Source: Octopus bimaculoides (lineage: Eukaryota). Taken from it: a stretch of DNA of 46,602 nt. The stretch spans positions 38,129,132 to 38,175,733 of the forward strand of contig NC_068987.1 of assembly GCF_001194135.2 (NCBI RefSeq). The letters run 5' to 3'. Made by a program: the position numbers and the translations under genes. Below, one piece after another: positions 1 through 11,436 of the stretch. Under the pieces are notes generated by a model that did not search any database, was not told the origin of the DNA, and saw only the letters and a list, made by a program, of their open reading frames with translations. Every line of letters starts with the position of its first letter. Positions within the stretch are counted from its first letter, which is position 1.

Positions 1-335
1 GAAAAACTTTCAAAATACAAAGACCTGGAAATAGAGATAACTCGAATGTGGAATCTAAAAACAGAAACAATTCCTATCATAGTAGGTGCCTTAGGTATAA
101 TAAAAAAATATTCAGACAAATACATAACAAAAACACCAGGACTTACAAATATATATAACATACAGAAAATTGCACTACTGGGTACTGCACACATTCTACG
201 CAAAACACTTTCAATACAGTAAACATAAGAGCACCACAGCAAACCACAGCACATACCCAAGGCGCACAGAGCTGCGCTCGGTAGTGAAGTGAAAGCACGT
301 TATAAAAATAAAACTACTGAATAATAATAATAATA
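1..335 (+). mobile_element. 3' end of R4/Dong-clade non-LTR retrotransposon (RLE domain C-terminus, 3'UTR, (TAA)n tail)
   Basis: Frame 1 (1-222) reads EKLSKYKDLEIEITRMWNLKTETIPIIVGALGII...IQKIALLGTAHILRKTLSIQ*, the typical RLE C-terminus. It is followed by a ~95 bp UTR and (TAA)n at ~318-335. Confidence 0.9.
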
Positions 336-726
336 AAGAACTTTAGAAATTCAAAATTTCAACAAGGGGAACATCTCTTCCTCCTACTATTCCCAAAGAC
401 TAGAATATCTACAGTTTCCAGTGAATATTTTAAATCTCCCTCAAAATAACTTAGGAAACTTACGTACCTACAGCTTTCGAACACACATACGATCAGTTTT
501 AAAAAAAAAAACTTTAATATCTACAACTTCTGTGAATACCTATTCTTTCTTTTCTCCCTGAGTATTCGAAAATGTAAACCTCCCTTTCATTGCAAAAGCA
601 CTACTGTATTCTCCAACTGGATAGACAAACGAACATCTCAAGAAAACTTCTATGAAATGTATACCCGACTACCCAAATATGTAAACACACCTTTTATTGC
701 AACAACACAATTGAATTCAGTATATA

Positions 727-735
727 TTATTATTA

Positions 736-795
<60 letters not shown>

Positions 796-812
796 CTGTT
801 GTTGTTGTTGTT
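727..812. repeat. Compound (TTA)n/(TTG)n microsatellite
   Basis: Directly visible trinucleotide tracts. Confidence 0.95.
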
Positions 813-1288
813 TTCTCTAACAGTGATTACAAATAGAGCAGGTTTAATTGCCTCTTCTCAAGGCGAAGGACAGCACTGGTAGTAGTAAACACATTTGATC
901 TCTGCTGACCCAAAGGGTGCGAAGATTCTTTTGTCTCTATGGCTAGCCTCCTCACCAACTGCCGAATCTATTTATAGACCTGTAGAATTTGATCTATTCA
1001 CCAAGCTGCTACTTCCTCCCCCACCAACTATTTCTTTCAACAACCACATATTTATGATTATCTCAAGTATAAGACAAAATTTGAAAATAAAGAACATTTA
1101 ACAAAATATTTTAATAAGAAATGGAAATAGTAATAATGATAATAACAATAGTAGTGGTGGTCATGGTGATAAAAATAAAGATAATGATAATATGCTGTAG
1201 CTGCTAATACTACAAATACAACAACTACTAGTATTCTGATAGCACAGGAATCTGAGGCCCAAACAATGATTCCAGTGATATTAGTGAC

Positions 1289-1344
<56 letters not shown>
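1289..1344. repeat. (AAT)n microsatellite abutting the 5' end of an R4/Dong LINE
   Basis: Pure AAT tract ending where the LINE 5' region starts. Confidence 0.95.
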
Positions 1345-1346
<2 letters not shown>

Positions 1347-3975
1347 GAAAGGAGCAGGTAGAGTATCCCCATGTCCTGATTAATGATACATCTAATGATG
1401 GTGTCACAATAAAACACTGGTAATTGCGCAACCTGATAATCGCTACTTCATAATTATATGACAATGAATAAACGAAATATTGTGAATAACGGTGGTAATG
1501 AAACTGGAGCCATTGATGGTGACAGTGTTGCACCCGGCAGGCTCAGAGATTCTGGTCCGGCTCCAGCCTGTCGATATCCAGAAAGGGACCACTACACACG
1601 GCGTAGATGGAGCAAGCAAATTAATGCTGTGGTCATGGAGTGTTACTACCTGAGCAATCCGGTAGATGAACATGGTGCTCAAATCAGGGGTTACCGACAA
1701 CGTATGTATGATCATTGGAGGGAAAAGGGATTGTTTCAACTCATAGAACAAAGACTATGTGATCAAGCTAGAGCAATAAAAAAAAAATAGTTGGTTCACA
1801 GAAGTAGAGCTCGAAGTTATCAAAAGACGGCTTGGAAAATAGTGGCAGAGATAACAATGAAAATAGAGTTCTTACTAATAAAAATAATCTCATAACACAG
1901 GAAAGGAACAGTGGTAGTTTACTTGATGTGAGACATATAGATGATCTAAAAGAAGACAACAAAACTAATGGCGACATGACAGATGAACAAAAGGCAATCT
2001 ACGACAGAATAAAGGCTAGACTACAGGAGAACGATAGCGACATTATTTGCAACTTTAAAAAGGTTGACCGATGGAAGTTGAACCAAGAAACGAAAAATGT
2101 CAATGATATTCTGAAATACATCAGAACGAACAACATCACAGAAACAAATCATTTGATTATGGAAGTAAGTATTGTTATAGCAGAAAATGTGGGTGTTGAT
2201 ATCAAGAAAAAGAAATATAACGGGAGTGTCAAAAGAAAAGACCCATGGTGGAAAAAAAGAATACAGCTGGGTTAGATATACTCTCGAAGGAAATTTCTGT
2301 GAAAGAAAGGGCCTGAAAGTGATAATGGAGGAACTGAAATGGCGCCTCGTTGCAAAGAAAGCAAAGATGGTAAGATACGACCAAATAATGAAGGGTTACC
2401 ACCAGAATAAGTTATTCAGAGTAAATCAGAAGAGATTCTATAAAGAAAAGTGGAGAGTGTACAGATGAAAATTTGATACCAGATAACAATGAAAGTCAAA
2501 AGTTTTGGAGTGACATCTGGAGTTCAAGGCTACTGGATCAAAAGATTTAGTGAATGTCATGTACGAATAGCTGCGCAACTCAACACCTTCTTAAATGCCG
2601 ATCAAGTAACACCAGAGTGGTTGACATTGGGTAGGACAGTACTGTGTCTGAAAAACATCGAAAAAGGCAATACAGTAGACAGTTACAGGCCGATATCCTG
2701 TTTGTCACTTATGTGGAAATTATTAACTAGAATACTCGCAGAGTCAATGTACAAACATCTGGAAAAAATGGAGTCCTACCACATGAGCAGAAGGGTTGCA
2801 AGCGCAAGTGTAGAGGTACCAAGGATCAACTCCTGATAGACAAAACTGTACTTAGAGACTGCAAGAGGAGGAAAGGTAATCTTGCCATGTCATGGATCGA
2901 CTATCGTAAGGCGTACCACACTCTTGGATAATGGAATGTATGAACTTATTTGGTATTGCATCGAATATTGAGCGATTGCTTGGAAAAAGTAGGGCGAATT
3001 GGAGGAGGGACCTGATAGCATACGGAAGAAGTTTAGGGGCAGTAGAAATCAGGAGGGACTGCCTGTCCCCACTGATCTTTGTACTGTGCTTGATACCACT
3101 AACACTGATTCTGAGAAAAGCAAAAGCTGGGTATGTATTCAAAAGCCGCCAACAAAAAGTCAACCATTTCTTATTCATGGATGACCTCAAACTTTATGGT
3201 AAAGATGAAGCCCAAGTCGCTTCCCTCGTTGATACAGGGTATATTTTCCGTGCTGATATCAGAATGGAGTTCGGACTGAGAAAGTGTGGAGCGTTAGTCT
3301 TGAAGGAGAAGCAAAATCAAATGTATGGATGGGCTATCGATACCGTCGGGGGAGGTTATAAAGCAGATAGAAGAGACGGGTTATAAGTACTTGGGGATTT
3401 TGGAAAGGGATAAATTGATGGAGAAAGAAATAACAGAAAAATTCAAGGTGGAGTACTTGCGCAGACTGAGACTGATCCTTAGTCGAAATTAAACAGACGG
3501 AATAAGATTGAAGCTATCAACACCTGGGCGGTTTCACTCCTTAGATATGGAGTAGGGGTAATCGCATGGACAGTAGACGAACTAAACAGCTTAGACAGAA
3601 AGACAAGGAATTTGCTAACTAGATATGGGTCACTCCACCCAAAAAGTGACACAGACAGACTATATGTACCAAGAAAAAGAGGAGGAAGAAGACTTATTGG
3701 ATGCGAACACAGCATTAGAGCAGAAATTTAGAAAGAAAGGAAACTATGCTGGATCATAGAAATAGCATGCCCAGCTGACAGGGTATGCGATAAGGAAGAA
3801 AGAAAAGTCGATAAGTATGACAAGTTAGCTTGGGAGATAAAGCAGTTGTGGTCGATGAAAAAGGTAGTAGTGGTACCAATAATTGTCTGAGCCGTGTGAA
3901 CAGTGAGTAAAACCTCGAGAAGTACATGGAACAAATGGGGGCTGCAATAAGGGTGGAGCACTTGCAGAAAATAGC
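1345..3975 (+). mobile_element. Decayed R4/Dong-clade LINE (single ORF: N-terminal domain, RT, RLE) with frameshifts and internal deletions
   Basis: ORF fragments: RRWSKQINAVVMECYYLSNP...RGYRQRMYDHWREKGLF...QRLCDQARAI (N-terminus); [38 protein letters not shown] (RT); YKYLG; WIIEIACPAD...KYDKLAWEIK...VVVPIIV...EHLQK (RLE). The CCHC knuckle region is deleted near 3725. Confidence 0.92.
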
Positions 3976-4063
3976 ACGATTCTGCCAGCTCGCCGCCTTA
4001 ATAATTAAAATGATGATGATGATGATGATGATGATAATAATAATCCCTTCTACTATAGGCACG

Positions 4064-4258
4064 AAGCCTGGAATTTCTGGGGAGGGGAACAGTCAATCAC
4101 ATCGACCCCAGTACTCGACTGATTCTTAAGTTATTGACCCCGAAAGGATGAAAGACAAAGTCGACCTCGGGGGAATTTGAACTCAAAACGTAGCGGCAGA
4201 CGAAATACCGCTAAGCATTTCGCCCGGCTTGCTAACGATTCTGCCAGTTCACTGCCTT
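4064..4258 (-). mobile_element. tRNA-derived SINE, family A (Deu/Nin-like central domain)
   Basis: Minus strand has head AAGGCAGTGAACTGGCAGAATCGTTAG (A box), GAGTTCAAATTC (B box) and body GGTCGACTTTGTCTTTCATCCTTTCGGGGTC. Many copies in the window. Confidence 0.88.
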
Positions 4259-4418
4259 AATAACAACAACAACAACAACAATCATGAGGTTCGGTTTCGA
4301 TTCTGCAACAGGGCGTTCTCGATAAGAAAAGATTTCGGGTCAAACCAAGCGTTGTGAGTACAATTACGTAGATGGAAACTACGTGAAAGCCGATTTGATG
4401 GATTATAANNNNNNNNNN

Positions 4419-4620
4419 AAGGCACAAGGTCTTGAAATTTTAGGGAGGGGGACGAGTCGATTACATCGACCCCAGTGTTGCACTGGTATTCAATTTATCG
4501 ACCACGAAAGGATAAAAGGCAAAGTCGACCTCGGTAAAGGTTTAACTCAGAACGTAGCGGCAGATGAAATACCGCAAATTTTTTTCCTGGCGTTCTAACG
4601 ATTCTGCTAGCTCACTGCCT
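4419..4620 (-). mobile_element. tRNA-derived SINE, family A
   Basis: Same head and body motifs as 4064-4258, diverged. Confidence 0.85.
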
Positions 4621-4704
4621 TAATAATAACAATAATAATAATAATAATAATAATGATAATAATAATAATAATAATAATATTAATAACAACAACAACAACA
4701 ACAA

Positions 4705-4830
4705 TCATGAGGTTCGGTTTCGATTCTGCAACAGGGCGTTCTCGATAAGAAAAGATTTCGGGTCAAACCAAGCGTTGTGAGTACAATTACGTAGATGGAA
4801 ACTACGTGAAAGCCGATTTGATGGATTATA
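4705..4830 (+). mobile_element. Degenerate family B (CORE-like) SINE fragment; identical copy at 4281-4408
   Basis: GGTTCGGTTTCGATTC...TTGTGAGT...GTAGATGGAAACT resembles the family B copies at 21838-22200 and 42435-42775. Confidence 0.5.
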
Positions 4831-5998
4831 ACAGTAATTCAAAGGATACAGTCATGTTACACTGTACCACAGCTGATTATCTATGAGAATTAAAGCTACA
4901 TGTTTTGTGGAATATTCTGCAACATGCTAATTCAAAGAGTTTAATTGATCGAACGACTGAAACACTTATTGCTTCCAATATTGTACGCTACAACAGACGC
5001 AGACACGCACCCAAACCGCTTCACTTTTCTCTTCAAACTGAAACTGCCGAAATCCTATCAACTACCAGTTGGAAAAATCCTACTTTTCAAGGGCCGTTGT
5101 CTATAAAACTGACCTCATGCTATACAATGGTATCAACACGCTTCCTTTAAATCGATGACTTAAAAGAAAATTACATGCAACACGTTTTTCTGATGTAGGG
5201 ATAGGGAAAACACTACCTCCTTGTTCCGCTTCATCTAGAGACTTCACAACCCTGAAAATGTCTTCCCAATATTACCTGAAGTATCTTTGACAGATACCCT
5301 CTTTACTTGCCTGAAGCTCGTAATTGATAATTCTGCCTCCATGAGAAACTGCACATACGCCACCAGCATGTAGTATCCACTTTATTGCTGTCACCTAATG
5401 TAAGCCCTGTTAATGAAGTTCAATCTTGTCGCCGCTGATAAATCTAATATACTACCCTAGGACTAGCAGGTCCATACGCAAAGCAGAAGACACAAATTCT
5501 CGCTGTTTTGGAGATTAGAGTCTACTCATGTTGGTCACGCTAATTTGTAACTTGACACCCATGAGATTACCGTGGTTACTAAAATACCACAACCTATGGA
5601 ATGATGAGTAATTAACTGATTGACACCAACATTCTATCCTAACACGTGCAGTACCCGTTGAAAAGAACAGGTGTCGTTGATGGTGCTATTCTGTTGAATG
5701 CCAACAAAGGGATGCCAACATCCTGTCTGCGCCAGGATGATAGCATAACAACCACATGACCAGAAGCGACCAGTTGAGGCCTTACACCTAGAAGCTTCTA
5801 AATTTCTTTTACATCATCTCCTCTCTGTTCCAAACAACTGATCATGTAGGCGTCCCCTTCGCCCACGAAACTGTAAGTAATGTGGAGCCGAGTCAAACTG
5901 TTATTAAATATATGTAACTCCAACAGATTGTCTTGTGTGGTACTTTCTTCCGATTGCTCACTCACATGCGCGTGTAGTGTATGTATGCGTGTGCATAC

Positions 5999-6067
<69 letters not shown>

Positions 6068-7218
6068 NNNNNNNNNNATATATATATATATAGTGCACTT
6101 GAACTTAAGCAGTGCAATTTTTACAATTTTAGTTCACCTAAGTGAGGTATTTAATCACTGACAACGGAGAGTGTATAATGACGCAAACGATAGATGGTGC
6201 GAAGATTTTAGTCTATACTTAATAACATGACCGCAGTTCTTGAAAGAAGAAATATGAATTATACAGAAGAAAGAACCTCAAACAAATCGCATAAAAAGAA
6301 ACATGGAGTATTTACAAATTAAGCTGTGATACATCTAAATGATTACACATGCCAACAGATGTGTGTGCATGTCTTATCTGACTTTGGGAAATCAAACAAC
6401 GTTACATGTGCAGACTTGTACATGGTCGGCTGGGCGAGGTTGTTTTATTGCAAACTTTAATGTCAAATTTATTATATTCTTTATAACGGAAGAGATTGGA
6501 ATTACTAATGTGGATTTTATAGAACGTGTCATGTGCCTCTCTTTCCTCTCTCTTTCTTGTGGAAGCGACGACTTCCTTTCTTCTTCTTTACATTGTTGTT
6601 GTGGTGGTGGTGGTCTCTCCTTCCTCTCCTTTTAGCATCATTCATTCCTCTTCTTTAACATGTTAATGTTTTTTATAGTGGAGTCGTCCCTCTTCTTTAT
6701 ATTTGTTCTTCGCCGTTACTCTGTCGCTATCATGATTGGGTCTGTCCTTCTTTATTTTGTTGTTTTTGCCGTACTGATGTCTCTCTTTTCTCTCAGTTAA
6801 CACAGCTGTTATTGTGGTGGTGGTGGTGGTGGTGGCTGCGGCGTCGGCGGCCTGGGAATGACATCTTCTTCGGGGTTATTGATGTTGTTGTGGTGGTGGT
6901 TGTCTCTCTCACATAGTGGTTTTTTCTTGATGACCATCTTTCACAAACTTTCGGCTGCAGTTGTTGTGTTTGTGTCACTCCTTACTCTCCTGTACACAGA
7001 CCATCAATGTAACTGCTTCCTTCCTTCTGGTGTTGTTTCAAATTGAATTGTAAAATAGAGAACAATCTCCACTTGTTTTTGCACAATCTAAACTAAAACT
7101 TCTTACGATTAAACACACATACATACATTTGTATATATAAATGTATGTANNNNNNNNNNNNNNNNNNNNNNNNNNNNNNNNNNNNNNNNNNNNNNNNNNN
7201 NNNNNNNNNNNNNNNNNN

Positions 7219-7257
<39 letters not shown>

Positions 7258-8160
7258 GTCTTGATGAACAATTGTATTTACAAACAAGGAAATGTACTCA
7301 ATATATAAAGGAGAGTGTGTATATTTTAGTAGAAGCTGAAATTTATTGAATCGTAATTCTGTATTTCATCTTATCGTTTATTGTAGTGATTGAAATAGGG
7401 AAGCGGTGAGACAACATATAAGAAAAATGTACACAAACGCATCATAATAGGAGTGGTTAACAGAAAAAAGAAGTTTGCTTGGCTGCCGACTCGTACATTC
7501 ATCAACTCATTCGTCTTTAGTTCAAACGTGTGCTTTAAGAAACTATAAAGTTTTCTATTGTTATATTTGCCTGCAGCAATTTGTATATCTGCAGAAAGCG
7601 TGTTGTGCTAGTTATCTCGCATAACATGAAAAAGTCTTTACACCTCAGCCATTGAGGTGTTTATGCTTTTAAAGTACGAGTTGAAGCTATTAGAACAACT
7701 TGCAGATCTATTTGTTTCTGATAAGGAACTGGATTATCTCCCTCTGTTACTCTTGTCTAATCGATCTTTGGTGCCCTGTAATTTTGAAACCGAGAATTTT
7801 AGTTGATAGTGCATACAACTAGTCATATACAGCATTTCATGAAGAGGTGACTATCTGTCAATTTTACCTTGAAGAAGGACTCGGTCCGAAACTTTAGACT
7901 TTCTACTTTCTACGGCAATTTCTCTGTACTCTTTCTGTCAATTATTATAGATAATCATGTCCTGCAGACACTGACCACCACGAGTCACGTCACGATAAAT
8001 TTCTACTCCTGTTGAGATGTATCAGATTTAGAAGAGAAATATCAATAGTGCTGATCAGCTCATCCATGCATATGAATATGAGAGGTGCAGTGTGTGAAAG
8101 TGAATAAAGTGAACTCCTTTTATTCTTATGATTATATTTCCAAATCTCCATTTGTTGCAG

Positions 8161-8259
8161 GCTACTGGCGAGAAAACTAAAATTCAAATTACTACCGCAG
8201 CCACAGTTCAATGTTCCCCAGAACGTACTTGATCTCGTTTACGTCCAATCTTTATGCTG
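8161..8259 (+). CDS. TMC: TMC (transmembrane channel-like, TMC7-like) coding exon; start of TMC domain / TM7
   Basis: Acceptor ttgttgcag| and donor |gtaagc, phase 2-2. Encodes LLARKLKFKLLPQPQFNVPQNVLDLVYVQSLC(W), matching the TMC motif EF.I..NVL.L.Y.Q...W. Confidence 0.92.
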
Positions 8260-8461
8260 GTAAGCTATGCTTATATAGTTCGTGTACAAAGCTTCGAATC
8301 TGGACATACATACGCATATGAATAAGAAATTTGGAATATTAATGGAATAAATCACATCGAGCAAAGGAATATACTACACACTCACACACACGCACATGCA
8401 TACACATAAACACACACACACATACACACACGATGTATGTATGTGAATGGTTATATATATA

Positions 8462-8836
8462 ATTATTACATTAAGGGCTGTTACTAAAAGTAAAGCCAAA
8501 CGCTTGAAAGGGACGCTAAAGTCAAACTACTTTATCAAAATATACACACGCGCTGAAGCCGAGGAAATGAACAAAGAAAAACTTCTTTTAAAAAGGTTCA
8601 GTTGAATATCGAAACGATTTCACGGTCAACACTGTAACACTCTCTCCACTCGTCAGTGCAAACATAACCAAAAATATAAAATCGTTTCGATATGCAACTG
8701 AACCATTTTAAAAGAATTTTTTTCTTTGTTCATTTCCTCGACTTCAGCGCGTGTATATTTTTATAAAGTAGTTTGACTTTAGCGTCCCTTTCCACCGTGT
8801 GGCTTTACTTATAGTAACAGCTCTTAATGTAATAAT
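8462..8836. mobile_element. Foldback MITE with ~159-bp inverted arms
   Basis: 8462-8620 (ATTATTACATTAAGGGCTGTTACT...GAAACGATTT) is the near-exact reverse complement of 8679-8836, with a 58-bp spacer. Confidence 0.9.
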
Positions 8837-9099
8837 GTATTTTTAAAAATTATATACTTAGTATTAATTTCTTTGCCCTAATTGGTTTTACACGCTGGCT
8901 ACTAGATACAATCTTATATAGATTTTATCCTTATATTTAATTGAGATACGCGCGCGCGCGGGTGTGTATGACTGTGTATAGAATATTATATTAAAAGAAA
9001 TTCCAAATATATAAGTGTGTGTGTGTGTGTGTGTGTCGGAGTTTCTTTCTTAACAGTACAATCAACAGATATCCGACTAGGCTTTCTTTCTGCTTCATA

Positions 9100-10033
9100 C
9101 GAGGGATGCTGAAAAGTTCTCGGTTTGGGTAAAAGAAAATACAGGAGGATCTGTTAGTTATGAGTTTATTTAACATGTCCCCCTCTCAGATTGCAGCGGT
9201 CCGTCAGTTTTTCTAAGCCCAGTAAAAAGAACTCGGAAGATTGGGCCTCCAACCAGGTCGTTGTAGTAGCGATCACTTTCGAATCGAAGTGAGACTTTGT
9301 TTCCTTGAGATGTTTCTTCAATTGTAGCTTGAGTCGGAGGGGGCCAAGTCAGGAGAGTAAGGTGGGTGGTCTACCAATTCGAAGCCAAGGTTGCGTATTT
9401 TCCACAGAGTTTCATGTGTTGTGTGTGCTGGTGCATTGTCCTGCAAAAACGGCTCAGATTTCCGCAGTGGAAAGCTTTCTCATCACCAGAACGTTGTAAA
9501 TGATATATAGGCTTAGTTTCTTCTTTGTTCCTTTAATTATATGTATGGTACTTATGTCAGAATTTATCACTTTCTATTTGAAAAAGGTAAGTGAAAATCC
9601 CTAGTCTCAGCTATGACTTTAGCTGAAATCTGGCGATCCTCGAGAATCATGACGTGCACAGCGTCAGCTTTCTCCTCTATGGTGGCGGAAGTTGGCCATC
9701 CTGACCTCGAAATGACCAGTCTGAGACCTTAACACCCAGATTTTCACTGTGGGGTAAGATGGGCAGCCATCCTTCAAGTATTCCTTCATCCCGCCATAGA
9801 TTTCCACCGTTCCTTTGCCTTGCAAAAAGAAGAACTTCATGGCCGCTCGTGCTTCAGTTTTACCAAAATCCACCGTAGGAGCTGTCATCATGCGTTAAAT
9901 CTGCAAAATAGAGGAAGACATGTGATTTTTGGGGATATCTTCACCTAAATAGTTGTCCTACCTCCCCTATAAAGGCAACAGCTCTACTCTTTCGCGATAC
10001 CCTTAAAACCCGGAACTTTTCAGCACTCCCTCG
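9100..10033 (-). mobile_element. Mariner (DD34D) element, internally deleted, carrying a captured host exon
   Basis: TIRs CGAGGGA-TGCTGAAAAGTTC (9100-) and its reverse complement (-10033), with TA TSDs at 9098-99 and 10034-35. Minus-strand transposase remnants: EARAAMKFFFLQGK...PSYPTVKIW, SGWPTSATIEE...EDRQISAKVIAET, LQDNAPAH, ELVDHPPYSPDLAP, stop at 9166-9168. Confidence 0.93.
9511..9586 (+). pseudogene. TMC: Duplicate TMC exon (copy A) inside the mariner; pseudo-exon or mutually exclusive exon
   Basis: 69/76 nt identical to exon 10097-10172, retains AG| and |GTAAGT, open in the same frame: (W)LSFFFVPLIICMVLMSEFITFYLKK. No polypyrimidine tract. Confidence 0.85.
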
Positions 10034-10096
10034 TACTTATGAGTTCCATTATGAAATTAAATGTGAAAATACCTTTCTTTTTCTCTTTCTCTACAG

Positions 10097-10172
10097 GCTT
10101 GGTTTCTTCTTTGCTCCTTTAATTACATGTATGGTACTGATATCAATATTTATCACTTTCTATTTGAAAAAG
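10097..10172 (+). CDS. TMC: TMC coding exon (copy B; end of TM7 and TM8)
   Basis: Strong acceptor ctttctttttctctttctctacag| and donor |gtaagt, phase 2-0. Encodes (W)LGFFFAPLITCMVLISIFITFYLKK, matching W.G.FF.P...FY.K. Confidence 0.93.
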
Positions 10173-10251
10173 GTAAGTGAAATATTTGACAATGAATTAT
10201 TAAACATTTCGTGTGTGTGTGTGTATGTGTGTGTGTGTGTGTGTGTGTATG

Positions 10252-10283
<32 letters not shown>

Positions 10284-11436
10284 TGTTTGTGGTGATGACT
10301 CCGTCTTCTTAGATGATTATCCTCTCCTTGTGCTTCTTCGTCGTCAATGGTATTTTTGACGTTCTGATGTAACTTCTCAAAAGATTATTCAGTCCCAATG
10401 TAGAGTTGTTTTAAACATAGATCGGTCAAACATAGATCGGTCAAAAGTTGTAACTTTCAATGGATTGATCAGTTCGTTTTGTAGAATAAGCAGTTCCCCG
10501 ATCANNNNNNNNNNNNNNNNNNNNNNNNNNNNNNNNNNNNNNNNNNNNNNNNNNNNNNNNNNNNNNNNNNNNNNNNNNNNNNNNNNNNNNNNNNNNNNNN
10601 NNNNNNNNNNNNNNNNNNNNNNNNNNNNNNNNNNNNNNNNNNNNNNNNNNNNNNNNNNNNNNNNNNNNNNNNNNNNNNNNNNNNNNNNNNNNNNNNNNNN
10701 NNNNNNNNNNNNNNNNNNNNNNNNNNNNNNNNNNNNNNNNNNNNNNNNNNNNNNNNNNNNNNNNNNNNNNNNNNNNNNNNNNNNNNNNNNNNNNNNNNNN
10801 NNNNNNNNNNNNNNNNNNNNNNNNNNNNNNNNNNNNNNNNNNNNNNNNNNNNNNNNNNNNNNNNNNNNNNNNNNNNNNNNNNNNNNNNNNNNNNNNNNNN
10901 NNNNNNNNNNNNNNNNNNNNNNNNNNNNNNNNNNNNNNNNNNNNNNNNNNNNNNNNNNNNNNNNNNNNNNNNNNNNNNNNNNNNNNNNNNNNNNNNNNNN
11001 NNNNNNNNNNNNNNNNNNNNNNNNNNNNNNNNNNNNNNNNNNNNNNNNNNNNNNNNNNNNNNNNNNNNNNNNNNNNNNNNNNNNNNNNNNNNNNNNNNNN
11101 NNNNNNNNNNNNNNNNNNNNNNNNNNNNNNNNNNNNNNNNNNNNNNNNNNNNNNNNNNNNNNNNNNNNNNNNNNNNNNNNNNNNNNNNNNNNNNNNNNNN
11201 NNNNNNNNNNNNNNNNNNNNNNNNNNNNNNNNNNNNNNNNNNNNNNNNACTCCGAGAAGAGTGTTGAACCAGCAGTTAGGAGTCTATTGTTCCCTGTGGT
11301 TTTACAGCTGGACACCAATGTGGTTGGAAAAAGACAAGAGAAACAGGACATCGATGGACCTTTGATAAATAATTTGCAAATCCAACGCCAAAGATGCAGT
11401 TTCAGTTTTATATCTATCATTATTGAAGTAACGAAT

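Noticed and set aside
895-1101. 68-aa ORF in moderately complex sequence
   Set aside because: No recognisable homology in any frame and no convincing splice sites. It does not encode the expected upstream TMC exon (CWE..VGQ).
4259-4830. Identical ~150-bp duplication (4259-4408 and ~4683-4830) either side of a 10-N gap
   Set aside because: Perfect identity at a contig join suggests uncollapsed overlap or haplotype redundancy rather than biology.
5798-6064. Minus-strand ORF containing FVGEGDAYMI, reminiscent of the guanylate cyclase motif VETIGDAYMV
   Set aside because: Only a 5-residue match, the ORF starts in a microsatellite, and there are no flanking cyclase motifs or supporting exons.
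6520-7030. Poly-His/Thr/Gly ORFs
   Set aside because: Translation of degenerate GTG/TTG/TTC simple repeats.
1-8160. Search for the upstream TMC exon (CWE..VGQE..KL...D...FPR)
   Set aside because: Not found. It presumably lies outside the window or in a gap, so the gene model is 5'-partial.
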